A stretch of DNA of 64,000 nucleotides, from the NCBI GenBank assembly GCA_965228125.1, contig OZ245791.1:117538-181537 (forward strand), written 5' to 3'. The notes beneath the pieces are model-generated. The model made no database searches and was not told the DNA's origin. It was given only the letters and a program-made list of their open reading frames with translations. Of the stretch, positions 17,263 through 26,828 are shown one piece after another (the first letter of the stretch is position 1; every line of letters starts with the position of its first letter). The translations under genes were made by a program, and so were the position numbers. Source of the DNA: Victivallales bacterium. Its GTDB lineage: Bacteria > Verrucomicrobiota > Lentisphaeria > Victivallales > GWF2-38-69.

Positions 17263-19428
17263 TTAAATCATCAAATCTTCAGCAGGTAAACTTTCCCTGT
17301 ATATGTCAAAACCTATTTTATTGTTATATAAATTCGGCATGGTTTGAACCAGTATGCCATTATCTATTTCTTCCAAAAGCCCATCATGTTTCATCTTATC
17401 TACAAGCCATACAGAAAGATTAACCGTATATCTTTGTAGCTTTCGCATAATTTCCCGAAGCGGTCCAATTTCTTTAAGTCTCTTTATGAGTTTATCGCTG
17501 TCTTTATATCTCACAATCACAGGCCTTTGAGTCTGGTCATCAATAAGTTTAAAATCATTGGCATAACTTCTGAATTGGATATTTGGCACATCACGAACAA
17601 GATCATCATGTAGTTTCTGTCCCCCAGTTTCATTGACAGAACTGTAAAATAATTTAAAGTATTTCATAAACATATCGGGATCGTCAGGCTTAAAATCAGA
17701 AAGACTTACCATTTCCCTGGTTTTATCTTCTCCTTTGCGGAGCAAACCTCTTGGAGTTGGTTTTGGAGGTATAAACACTCTAACTATACCTTTCTCTAAA
17801 GTGCCTTCACGATTGCATCTGCCAGCAGCCTGAGCAATAGAATCAATTCCTGCAATAGCTCGATAAACAACAGGAAAATCAATATCGACTCCAGCTTCAA
17901 CAAGCTGAGTGCTGATTACCCTAATGGGCGTACCAGCTTTTAGTTTTGCCTTTATTTCAGATATAATTTCAGAACGATGTTCTCCGCACATCAAAGCAGA
18001 AAGATGTATTGATCCTTCAGGCATTAAAGAGTAAAGATCATGGCAATCTTTTCTTGTGTTGACTATGCACAGAACCTGTTCATTCTTTTTGAGATCTTCA
18101 GCTATTTCATCCCAACTTATCGACTTATTAATATCTGCAGGGAAATAGATTTCCGTTCTTTTGAGTTTTTCATACAGATTGAAGTCTTTTGGAATGATTT
18201 CGCAAACCTGATTTAATTTTGGTAAAGCCGGTTGAGTGGCTGTGGAAATAACTATTGAAACTTCATAATTGGATGACAATTCGTTGATAGATTTTACGCA
18301 AGGTTCAAGAAGTCCTGGCGGAAGCAATTGAGCTTCATCCAGAATAACAACGCTATTCACAATATTATGGAGTTTTCGGCAACGACTGGATTTTGCAGCA
18401 TATAAAGACTCAAAGAACTGGACATTTGTACTAACAATGATAGGCGCGTCCCAATTCTCTGATGCAAGCTGTGATTTTTGTGTTTCTTTTTCAATATCAA
18501 AATTGCTATGATGCTCAATTACATTTTCTTCTCCGAGAATATCTCTAAGCGTTTTTGCTGTCTGCTCTATAATACTTGTATAAGGAATCACATATATAAT
18601 GCGTTTCTTCCCATGTTTGAGCGCATGATCAAGCGCAAAAGCCATACTTGAAAGAGTCTTTCCGCCGCCTGTAGGAACTGTGAGAGAAAAAAGCCCGTTT
18701 TGACTATCAGCTGCACTTCGGCATGCTTGCAATATTTTCTGACGAATTTCATTAAGAGGGGTCTTCTTGACCGATTCCGTAAAAGACTTCATGTGTTTAT
18801 CGAATATAATTTTTAATTCAGGCAGGCTTGTGAAGGTAGAACGACATTCAAATTTTTCAGGACCCATAAATGCTTCAGTGTCTAAATAGTCAGCATCAAC
18901 AAGACATGAGTAAAGGACTCTCACCCAAAAGTGAAAATTCTCGGGCTTAACAAAAGAAGGCGGGCGTTGAACAGTTCGCGTATGCTTTAAGGTTTCATCT
19001 GCATAATCTTTAATACGACTGAGATTTTTCTTGCCTTCTTTCATCCTTACAGACAATGCGGCACTTCCAGTATCAGAAGAATCCCAATCAGGTAAACCTG
19101 CATGGTGTCCTGCAGATAGATAAGCAAGAACACGACCAATAAATTTGCCAAATTTTTCTTCAGCAAAAGCCGCTCCTGCGGATGAATGATTTACTGTACC
19201 GAAATCATAATCAGAATCATCAAGTTCGTTTTCACGCATCAAATAGCCTTGAAATGCGGAATCAGCTTTACCAAGATCATGAAGCCAAGCCGCATTATAA
19301 GCCCAATCTGTAGAATCAAATCGCTTTGCAAAATCGGCTGCTATTTTAGCAGTATTTCTTAGATGATCTTCTAAAGTCTGCCATTTTTCTGGAGGCTGTC
19401 CTTCTTTTGAATGAGCGTAATAAGTCAT
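17263..19428 (-). CDS. cas3: Cas3 HD nuclease-helicase
   Basis: HD domain (WLHDLGK), helicase motifs PTGGGKT and ILDEAQ. 721 aa. First gene of the cas operon. Confidence 0.95.
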   Translation of the reverse strand: MTYYAHSKEGQPPEKWQTLEDHLRNTAKIAADFAKRFDSTDWAYNAAWLHDLGKADSAFQGYLMRENELDDSDYDFGTVNHSSAGAAFAEEKFGKFIGRVLAYLSAGHHAGLPDWDSSDTGSAALSVRMKEGKKNLSRIKDYADETLKHTRTVQRPPSFVKPENFHFWVRVLYSCLVDADYLDTEAFMGPEKFECRSTFTSLPELKIIFDKHMKSFTESVKKTPLNEIRQKILQACRSAADSQNGLFSLTVPTGGGKTLSSMAFALDHALKHGKKRIIYVIPYTSIIEQTAKTLRDILGEENVIEHHSNFDIEKETQKSQLASENWDAPIIVSTNVQFFESLYAAKSSRCRKLHNIVNSVVILDEAQLLPPGLLEPCVKSINELSSNYEVSIVISTATQPALPKLNQVCEIIPKDFNLYEKLKRTEIYFPADINKSISWDEIAEDLKKNEQVLCIVNTRKDCHDLYSLMPEGSIHLSALMCGEHRSEIISEIKAKLKAGTPIRVISTQLVEAGVDIDFPVVYRAIAGIDSIAQAAGRCNREGTLEKGIVRVFIPPKPTPRGLLRKGEDKTREMVSLSDFKPDDPDMFMKYFKLFYSSVNETGGQKLHDDLVRDVPNIQFRSYANDFKLIDDQTQRPVIVRYKDSDKLIKRLKEIGPLREIMRKLQRYTVNLSVWLVDKMKHDGLLEEIDNGILVQTMPNLYNNKIGFDIYRESLPAEDLMI

Positions 19429-19578
19429 TTTCCCACCTTGTGATTTATGTCCCTCAGGTATTTATAACGTAAATCCTGATTTCTGCACGAATATTTTTTT
19501 GTCATTTTCTCTAAGCATATTGCATGAACCAGGACATATAGCGTCCTGGCATAACGAAAATAAAGAATTTTCAGAAGA

Positions 19579-19726
19579 ATATTTCAGCCTTCATGAGCGG
19601 GGACTGACTGTGATTACTTAATAGGAACGCCTGAAACTATATTAGCGCCAATTAGTGAAGATTAGCGGTTGGAAAGTTTCTATATGATTTAGAGTTTGGT
19701 TCTATAGTCTGAAGCCAACAGGTATT
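19579..19726. repeat. 148-bp direct repeat, copy b (partner 1425-1572)
   Basis: Overlaps the last 12 codons plus stop of the 19689-20369 gene and about 110 nt downstream of it. Confidence 0.9.
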
Positions 19727-20369
19727 CTGGAGGTTCATCCTCTTCTATTTTGGGAAATCTTCCGACTGAGTCGAAAAAACAATTATCGCTTGAATCGTCG
19801 TTTATCATCGAAACTTCCCCTACAAGGACATTGCCTTTGCCTTCTTCTCCGTAGAATGTGTGATAGAGTCCTTGAGTGAGGCAGATACTTTCTCCGGGTT
19901 CTAATCTTACTTTACTGCCTGCCTTTATGGTTCTTTTGTGCCCATCGACAGAAACTGTGACATCTGAGCATGAGAGTCGTTTATCTTTATCGGAGTTGTA
20001 GAGCTCAATGATAAGGTTTCCGCCGCCTCTATTAATAATGTCCTCCATCTTATGCCAATGAAAGTGCATAGGAGTGACCTGTTTTTCTCTGACTATCATT
20101 ATTTTTTCGGCGTATGGTTTTGAATACTGAGGATTTTTTATATCTCCGTTTCGCAAAGTAAAAAGAAGAAGCCCTGTTTTAGTAAAATCCCCCAAACCAA
20201 AATCCGTAATGTCCCAGCCTAGGTTCAGGTCAAAAATCTCTTTTGTTTCAGCCATATTCTTTCGCCAGTCTTCAATGGAATAAAAAGCAAAAGAAGGAAG
20301 GTGAAACTTCATATAACAGAAGAACTCTGCTGCGTCATTAATTATTGCATTAACTTCTGACCGCTTCAT
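19689..20369 (-). CDS. D-lyxose/D-mannose-isomerase-family cupin sugar isomerase
   Basis: 226 aa. HFHWHKMEDIINRGGGNL and LYHTFYGEEG cupin motifs as I recall for the lyxose isomerase family. Confidence 0.7.
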   Translation of the reverse strand: MKRSEVNAIINDAAEFFCYMKFHLPSFAFYSIEDWRKNMAETKEIFDLNLGWDITDFGLGDFTKTGLLLFTLRNGDIKNPQYSKPYAEKIMIVREKQVTPMHFHWHKMEDIINRGGGNLIIELYNSDKDKRLSCSDVTVSVDGHKRTIKAGSKVRLEPGESICLTQGLYHTFYGEEGKGNVLVGEVSMINDDSSDNCFFDSVGRFPKIEEDEPPEYLLASDYRTKL

Positions 20370-21376
20370 GATAAGCCTCCATAATATTCTGATATGGTTC
20401 TTGATATTGTTTCATAGGATACTGCGCCATCAGCAGCAGTCGGCGAAAATAGATTGTAATAAGCAGAGACATTAGCTATACGGATTACTTCCTTTAATGA
20501 CATGTCCTCATGAAGCCCGTACAAAGCCCCTGCGCAAAAAGCATCCCCTGCCCCTACAGTGCCGACAATATCTTTTTCCTCAATCCTGACGGACTTTATA
20601 TATTCGGTTTGCCCTTTGGAATTTATACCAAAAGCCGCTTCAGGAAAATGTATAATCACGCAATCCTTAACTCCCATTTCCATCAGCTTACATGCCGCTT
20701 TTCTTAAATAGTCCTCGTTAACAGAGTTATCTTTTCCTCTTATTTCCATATCTGTAATTTTACCTGCCTCTATCTCGTTTATTATAAAATAGTCAAGATA
20801 TTTAAGACAGGGAATAACTACTTCTTTATATCTGTTCCCTGTTTCAGAAATAACATCTGCAGAGCACTTATATCCCTTTTCTCCCATTTCTTTGAACAGT
20901 CTGGCAGCAACAACACCAAAATCCTTATCAGGGCTGTCCAGTTTTTTCAGTGCCAAAAGATAAGAATAGTGGAATATTCTGGCATCGTTAGCAGCAAAAA
21001 GGATATGTCCGGCATCCAGGAAATTATTGGCTCCCGGGTGGTGAAAGAAAGTTCTCCTTCCGTTATTCATATCTGTCATTACATCAGTAAAAGATGTAGG
21101 AGATTCTGAGGTCTTCCTGATCGCAGAAGCATCTATTCCTTTGTCTTTTAAAGAAGCAATGATATAATCGCCGTCTGCATCGTCTCCCACAAAGCCCATC
21201 GTATAAACAGGCAAATCAGGGCGCATAACTTTGAGATCCACAGTAGTATTATACACTCCGCCGCCTGAAAAACAGATAGAATTAATCATGGTAAGCATTC
21301 CCTCTTCGGGATAAGAATTGATGGTTTTTATTTTATCCACCAACAATAATCCGGATGTAAAAAAACCTCTACGCAT
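20366..21376 (-). CDS. PfkB-family carbohydrate kinase
   Basis: Ribokinase-like fold signature TVGAGDAFCAGALYG near the C-terminus. Overlaps the downstream gene by 4 nt. Confidence 0.85.
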   Translation of the reverse strand: MRRGFFTSGLLLVDKIKTINSYPEEGMLTMINSICFSGGGVYNTTVDLKVMRPDLPVYTMGFVGDDADGDYIIASLKDKGIDASAIRKTSESPTSFTDVMTDMNNGRRTFFHHPGANNFLDAGHILFAANDARIFHYSYLLALKKLDSPDKDFGVVAARLFKEMGEKGYKCSADVISETGNRYKEVVIPCLKYLDYFIINEIEAGKITDMEIRGKDNSVNEDYLRKAACKLMEMGVKDCVIIHFPEAAFGINSKGQTEYIKSVRIEEKDIVGTVGAGDAFCAGALYGLHEDMSLKEVIRIANVSAYYNLFSPTAADGAVSYETISRTISEYYGGLS

Positions 21377-21401
21377 AACTATCTCCCCCGTCTGCTACAT
21401 T

Positions 21402-22262
21402 TCAGACCTTGTTAGAACTTCCAAAAATATCCATCTGCTCCATTACTGTTTTCTTAACGGTTTCTCTAACAACTTCCATAATCAATGGATAATCATTATA
21501 GGATTTACCAGCTTTCTGTATAGATTGCTGAAGGCTGTTAAGAGCTACTTGGGACATCCCCTTATAAAAGTTTATTTTCGCTATGCCCAGTGATATAGCC
21601 TTCCTAAAATCTTTATCAGATATTCCGGAACCGCCGTGCAGGACAAGCGGGCACGAAACTTTATTCCTAACCTTTTCTAATAAATCAAAATCAAGGTCAG
21701 GTTCTCCCTTGTATTTACCGTGACTGTTTCCGATAGCCACTGCCAGAGCGTCAATTCCGGTTTCTTGTACAAACCTTTCTGCCTGTTCGGGATTTGTCAT
21801 CAATGAACGGTCGACAGAACCGACAAGCCCGCCGCCCTCTTCTCCGCCGACTGCGCCAAGTTCAGCTTCCACGGAGATTCCTTTTGGATGGCAGAGCTCG
21901 ACTATTTCCTTACTTTTTCTGATGTTTTCCTCAAAATCATATTTGGAACAGTCAAACATCACAGAAGTAAAACCGCACCGTAACGCCCTGTTCACAGCAT
22001 CTAAAGTTAAACCGTGGTCTAAATTTATGGCCACAGGCACAGGCGAATTTTTCGCCATAGAAATAAACATCGGCATCATCTGTTCCGGAATACAGTAAGG
22101 GTAATGGACTTCAGCAATATTGAGTATAACTGGTGAGTTTTTCTCTACCGCTGCTCCGATAACAGCCTTTACAAAGTGAGAATCCACAGCGTTGAAAGCG
22201 CCAACTGCATAGCCTCGACTGTAAGCCGGAGCAAGAATATCTTTTAGTGAAACAAGAGACAT
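21402..22262 (-). CDS. class II ketose-bisphosphate aldolase (FBA/tagatose-bisphosphate aldolase family)
   Basis: 286 aa. INLDHGLT and LVLHGGSGISD motifs. Confidence 0.85.
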   Translation of the reverse strand: MSLVSLKDILAPAYSRGYAVGAFNAVDSHFVKAVIGAAVEKNSPVILNIAEVHYPYCIPEQMMPMFISMAKNSPVPVAINLDHGLTLDAVNRALRCGFTSVMFDCSKYDFEENIRKSKEIVELCHPKGISVEAELGAVGGEEGGGLVGSVDRSLMTNPEQAERFVQETGIDALAVAIGNSHGKYKGEPDLDFDLLEKVRNKVSCPLVLHGGSGISDKDFRKAISLGIAKINFYKGMSQVALNSLQQSIQKAGKSYNDYPLIMEVVRETVKKTVMEQMDIFGSSNKV

Positions 22263-22398
22263 ATATTATCCTCCATTTAGTATTTGTAGATATATGGATG
22301 ATTCTACAGGAAGGGTTTTTGTAATTAAAGATTGGAAATACGTTATTTATCAAAGATTTCTGCGATATTATCATCGCATTATCTATTTATATCGAAAG

Positions 22399-22424
22399 CA
22401 GGCAATGAAGATTTTCATTGCCTG
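22399..22424 (-). terminator. 10-bp perfect hairpin downstream of the TIM-barrel isomerase gene
   Basis: CAGGCAATGA-agattt-TCATTGCCTG. On the reverse strand it is followed only by CTTTCG, a weak U-tract. Confidence 0.4.
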
Positions 22425-22447
22425 TAAACATATTAAACAGCAGCAGC

Positions 22448-23482
22448 TTAAGCCTTCAATAAAGAGTTAATAATATACATCTCCAATTCTTCATAATCTC
22501 TTTCTGCGCGGAGCTGTTCGATTTTAGCTGTATCAAGACTCCGGCTGATTGTAAGCAATTTCATGAAAATGTCTTTACTGTTAGCAAGATGCTTGCAGGC
22601 GACATTCTGTTTTTGAGTACGCATGGCTTTGACATCCAATCCTACCCACTCTCCGTTATTACCGAAACCGTGTTCATCGAGTATGCGAACTTGATTTAAT
22701 GCACGGCGGAGGTCTACGCCGCCGAAAGTTTTATCCTGGTCGAATTTAAGGCCGTTTTGGTCGTTTAAATGAACACTCCAGAGCTTTTTATGCGCTAAAG
22801 CAAAACCCATTTCATCAGAAGGATCGAGCCCGGCAAGGATAGCGTGGGCAGATTCAATCAGAGCTCCAACTCTTTCAGGTGATGTAGTCATCATCCCCAA
22901 ACTAATCGCATGCCCAATTGTAGGTATATAGGTATGATCCATCGGTTCATTCGGTTTAGCTTCAATCATGATGCGAATTTCGGAATCATAGTCCAACATG
23001 CTCTGCAGGGCTTTGGCTATTCTTTCAGTTGCTTTAACTGAATCTTTGGCTTCTCGAATATATGTTCCTTCGCGCGCCAGCCACAGAACAATATTCCTAG
23101 TGCCTAAAGCCTTAGCTATATCAATACATCTTTTGCTGCGTTCAATCGCGTATGCACGCAATTTTGGGTCGTTATTGGTATAACCGCCGTCGATAGTGCG
23201 CTGATCTTCCCAAAGGCGAGGAGCTACAAATTCAGCTACCAGCCCCTGGTCATCAAGCTTGGCTTTTAGTGCTTTAGCTTCAGTAATTATTTGAGACGCG
23301 CTCAAACTATTCATCATCGGAACAGCATCATCGTCATGAAACTGTACACCATCAAATCCCAACTCTTTAAAAGTTTGAAGTTTTTCGTTAAAAGTGACCG
23401 ATTCACGCACTTTAGGACCGAAAGGGTCATTACCTTCGTGAATGTTCCATGGACCAAATGAAAATCTAAAAGTACCGCTCAT
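22448..23482 (-). CDS. xylose-isomerase-like TIM-barrel sugar isomerase/epimerase
   Basis: 344 aa. The N-terminus FRFSFGPWNIHEGNDPFGP resembles class I xylose isomerases. SD AGGAGG upstream. Confidence 0.65.
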   Translation of the reverse strand: MSGTFRFSFGPWNIHEGNDPFGPKVRESVTFNEKLQTFKELGFDGVQFHDDDAVPMMNSLSASQIITEAKALKAKLDDQGLVAEFVAPRLWEDQRTIDGGYTNNDPKLRAYAIERSKRCIDIAKALGTRNIVLWLAREGTYIREAKDSVKATERIAKALQSMLDYDSEIRIMIEAKPNEPMDHTYIPTIGHAISLGMMTTSPERVGALIESAHAILAGLDPSDEMGFALAHKKLWSVHLNDQNGLKFDQDKTFGGVDLRRALNQVRILDEHGFGNNGEWVGLDVKAMRTQKQNVACKHLANSKDIFMKLLTISRSLDTAKIEQLRAERDYEELEMYIINSLLKA

Positions 23483-23610
23483 AATAACCTCCTAGTTATA
23501 TTGTTTAGTATATTGGGTACATTGTTTACATTATTTAAATTAATATTTGTTTTTTTTAAAACCTTAACAATATTATGAAAAACTAGCACTATGTTCCAAA
23601 AGACAAAAAT

Positions 23611-24501
23611 ATGAAACCTGTACAAGCATTGAGCAAAGATTTTTTCGAGGATAACGCATATCCCATAGCCTTAAGGAGCATTCTTGGAAATCATCAGCAA
23701 CACCCCGGTGATTTAACTGATGTGGAGCACTGGCATGACTTTACGGAATTGGTAATTATCACAGAAGGTTACGGCACACATTCTATTGACGGAATCGGTT
23801 ATCCTGTTTCTGCTGGTGATATTTTTATTTTTCAAGGGAAAACTCAGCATTTTTTTCCTGAACGCCACGGCTTGGTCATGTACAACATCATGTATGACAG
23901 CCATTATTTACAGCATTCATTAAAAAACTTGCATGGCTTAGCTGGATATAACGCCATATTTTTACTTGAACCGGCCTATCGGCGCCAGCACCAGTTCAAG
24001 AGTCGTTTGCATATTAGCCAAAGTTCATTGGCATATGTTAAAACAATCATAAACAAAATACAAAGCGAGCAGGAAGAAAAGCTGCCTGGCTATGACACTC
24101 TAATGTTAGGTATGCTGTTGGAGTTGATGGTATTTTTTTCGAGACAATATTCTAAGATAGATATCCCGCAGGCCAAAACGCTTTACAGAGTAGGCAAAAT
24201 CATCGGTTTACTGGAAACTCAGTATCAAAAAAAGTGGGATATTGCCTTTCTTACCAAAGCCGCTGGCATGTCAAAGAGTTCTTTAATTGTGGCATTCAAG
24301 AATGCTACAGGCTATTCGCCGATAGACTATCTCATTCATATACGCATGAAGAAAGCAGCTGAATTGATGGTCAAAACCCGGGCTTCACTGTATGAAATAG
24401 CTGTTCAATGCGGGTTTCATGATTCAAACTACCTCTCCCGACAATTCCGCAGGGTTTACAAGCTCTCGCCCCGGCAATTTAGACAAAACAACAGTTTATA
24501 G
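23611..24501 (+). CDS. AraC-family transcriptional regulator (cupin sensor plus HTH)
   Basis: C-terminal double HTH (SKSSLIVAFKNATGYSPIDYLIHIRMKKAAELM ... GFHDSNYLSRQFRRVYKLSPRQFR). Divergent from the sugar operon. Confidence 0.85.
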   Translation: MKPVQALSKDFFEDNAYPIALRSILGNHQQHPGDLTDVEHWHDFTELVIITEGYGTHSIDGIGYPVSAGDIFIFQGKTQHFFPERHGLVMYNIMYDSHYLQHSLKNLHGLAGYNAIFLLEPAYRRQHQFKSRLHISQSSLAYVKTIINKIQSEQEEKLPGYDTLMLGMLLELMVFFSRQYSKIDIPQAKTLYRVGKIIGLLETQYQKKWDIAFLTKAAGMSKSSLIVAFKNATGYSPIDYLIHIRMKKAAELMVKTRASLYEIAVQCGFHDSNYLSRQFRRVYKLSPRQFRQNNSL

Positions 24502-24514
24502 AGTCTTTCGAAAA

Positions 24515-25087
24515 TTACTTTTTCTTCTTTTGAACAGAAAAGCCGAATTTGCCAATCAAGCTTTCAACTGCATAATATTTGCCGTGAGAATAGCAAATAG
24601 GCCCGGCTTTGGCGAGATTAAACGAATCATCTTCTTTATTAAAGAGTTTTTCATCTGCATTTATAGCCACAACTTCAGCAATAAACATGTCATGAGAGCC
24701 AAGAGGTTTTATTTCCTTTACCATGCACTCAATATTAATAGGAGATTCCTGAATAATCGGAGAACTAACTTTCTGCGCATTCCCTCGTGTGAGTTTCATT
24801 TCTTTGAATTTGTCGAAATCCTTTCCTGATTTTACACCGCACCAATCTGTGGCAAAGGCCAACTTTCTTGTAGTTAAATTAATTACGAAGTCTCCTGTCT
24901 CTTTGATTATGTTGTAAGAATGCCTTTCTGGCCTGATTGATATATAGCACATTGCCGGATTGGTGCATATTGTGCCCGTCCAGGCTATTGTGATTATGTT
25001 GAATCCTGTCTTTTCATTGCCGCAACTTACCATAACAGCCGGCACAGGATAGATCATAGTGCCAGGTTTCCATGATATTTTAGACAT
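24515..25087 (-). CDS. flavin reductase-like FMN-binding protein
   Basis: YPVPAVMVSCG and FNIITIAWTG split-barrel motifs. ATG 25087 (MSKISWKPG) is preceded by AGGAG. Confidence 0.7.
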   Translation of the reverse strand: MSKISWKPGTMIYPVPAVMVSCGNEKTGFNIITIAWTGTICTNPAMCYISIRPERHSYNIIKETGDFVINLTTRKLAFATDWCGVKSGKDFDKFKEMKLTRGNAQKVSSPIIQESPINIECMVKEIKPLGSHDMFIAEVVAINADEKLFNKEDDSFNLAKAGPICYSHGKYYAVESLIGKFGFSVQKKKK

Positions 25088-25217
25088 ATTATTTACTCCT
25101 GTTGAAATGGTTGACATTATCCATTGATTTAAATATCTAGTGAGGTTACCATTAGTCATTATTTTGATTCTAGCAAATTATGAAATATTAACAAGCTATT
25201 TCATCGGAGTACAAGAT

Positions 25218-26828
25218 ATGGGGAACTTCAAATGGTGGCAGACAGGCATTATTTACCAGATATATCCAAGATCTTTTCAAGACTCTAACAATGATGGAAT
25301 TGGAGATATTCCAGGCATCATTAACAGATTAGACTATCTGAAAGAAATCGGGATTAAAGCCATCTGGATCTCCCCTTTTTATCCTTCTCCAATGAAAGAT
25401 TTTGGCTACGATATTTCAGACTACAAGGATATTCATCCAATATTCGGCACAATGAAGGACTTCGATGAACTCCTCTCCGAAATCCACAAAAGAGATATGA
25501 AGCTAATCATAGACCTTGTCCCTAACCACACATCAGACGAACATAAATGGTTTATCGAAAGCAAAAAATCGGAGAAGAACCCTTATAGAGATTACTACAT
25601 ATGGAAAAACCCTAAAAATAACGGAAAGGAACCCAATAACTGGCTTAGTTATTTCGGAGGTTCGGCTTGGGAGTTTGATAAAAAAACCAAACAGTACTAC
25701 CTGCATCAATTTGTAAAAGAACAGCCCGATCTTAATTACCAAAATCCAAAAGTATTGGAAGAAATACTCAACGTAATTGACTTTTGGCTGGCAAAAGGAG
25801 TTGACGGTTTCAGGGTCGATGTTATTTGCAATATGTGGAAACATCCTAGGTTCCCGAACAATCCCATTAACCCCAAGTGGAACGGCAAAATACCGATGGA
25901 GAAGTACCTCACTAAATACACTGTCAATCAGCCAGGAACGCATACCATAGTCAAGGCTATGAGAAAAGTTCTCGATAAATACAAAAACAGAGTGCTTATA
26001 GGCGAAACATACCTTCCTTATGAAGAACTATTAGAATATTATGGCGACAATGACGAATGCCACATGCCATTTAATTTTCATCTACTCGGGGTTAAATGGA
26101 AGGCTTCTGCTGTTAAGAAAAAAGTCAATGATTATGAAAAAATTCTTCCTGAAGGGTATTGGCCCAGCTACGTTCTAGGAAACCATGACCAGAAAAGAAT
26201 AGCTTCTAAGCTGGGCAACGACAATCAAACCAGAATAGCCATGATGATGCTTCTTACTCTTCGAGGCTCTCCAATAGTTTACTACGGAGAAGAGTTAGGC
26301 ATGAAGAACGTCAAAATACCCAAAAACATGATTCAAGATCCACCTGCCCTTAATCAGCCTGAAGTAGCAGATATAGTCGGCCGTGATCCGGAAAGGACTC
26401 CTATGCAGTGGGACGACTCTGATAATGCAGGATTTTCTGAAAAAGGGGTCAAAACATGGCTTCCGGTAGCAAAGGATTACAAAGTTAATAATGTAAAACT
26501 TCAAAGCAAAGTTAAGGGCTCAATGCTTAATTTCTTCAAAGAATTAACTACCCTGCGTTCAAAAAACAGTTGCCTTAATTCCGGCAAATACAAATATATC
26601 CCCACTGCTCAGAAAGACATCTTTGCCTATCTGAGGCATGATGACAATAAAACGATTCTGATAGTCCTTAATTTTGCCTCTGGATCACTTAAGTTAGACC
26701 TGACAAAAAAGCTGCCGTCTAAACAAGCTCGGCTCCTGCTTGCTACAGACATGAAGACTGACCATAAAACAAATCTGAAATCATTAAGTATTAAGTCAGG
26801 CCTTGGCCTAATAATGAGTATTACTTAA
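25218..26828 (+). CDS. GH13 alpha-glucosidase / oligo-1,6-glucosidase-type enzyme
   Basis: The four GH13 regions are present: DLVPNHTS, GFRVDVI, IGETY, VLGNHDQ. ATG 25218 (MGNFKWWQTGIIYQIYPRSF) follows GGAG. Confidence 0.85.
   Translation: MGNFKWWQTGIIYQIYPRSFQDSNNDGIGDIPGIINRLDYLKEIGIKAIWISPFYPSPMKDFGYDISDYKDIHPIFGTMKDFDELLSEIHKRDMKLIIDLVPNHTSDEHKWFIESKKSEKNPYRDYYIWKNPKNNGKEPNNWLSYFGGSAWEFDKKTKQYYLHQFVKEQPDLNYQNPKVLEEILNVIDFWLAKGVDGFRVDVICNMWKHPRFPNNPINPKWNGKIPMEKYLTKYTVNQPGTHTIVKAMRKVLDKYKNRVLIGETYLPYEELLEYYGDNDECHMPFNFHLLGVKWKASAVKKKVNDYEKILPEGYWPSYVLGNHDQKRIASKLGNDNQTRIAMMMLLTLRGSPIVYYGEELGMKNVKIPKNMIQDPPALNQPEVADIVGRDPERTPMQWDDSDNAGFSEKGVKTWLPVAKDYKVNNVKLQSKVKGSMLNFFKELTTLRSKNSCLNSGKYKYIPTAQKDIFAYLRHDDNKTILIVLNFASGSLKLDLTKKLPSKQARLLLATDMKTDHKTNLKSLSIKSGLGLIMSIT

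Noticed and set aside
19529-19549. Perfect 7-bp hairpin CCAGGAC-atatagc-GTCCTGG upstream of cas3
   Set aside because: No U-tract on either strand and no second copy, so I cannot assign a role.
23500-23529. ATTGTTTA direct repeats spaced 21 bp as AraC-type half-sites
   Set aside because: They lie only 18-47 nt from the isomerase ATG, downstream of any plausible -35 position, and the region is generally AT-rich.
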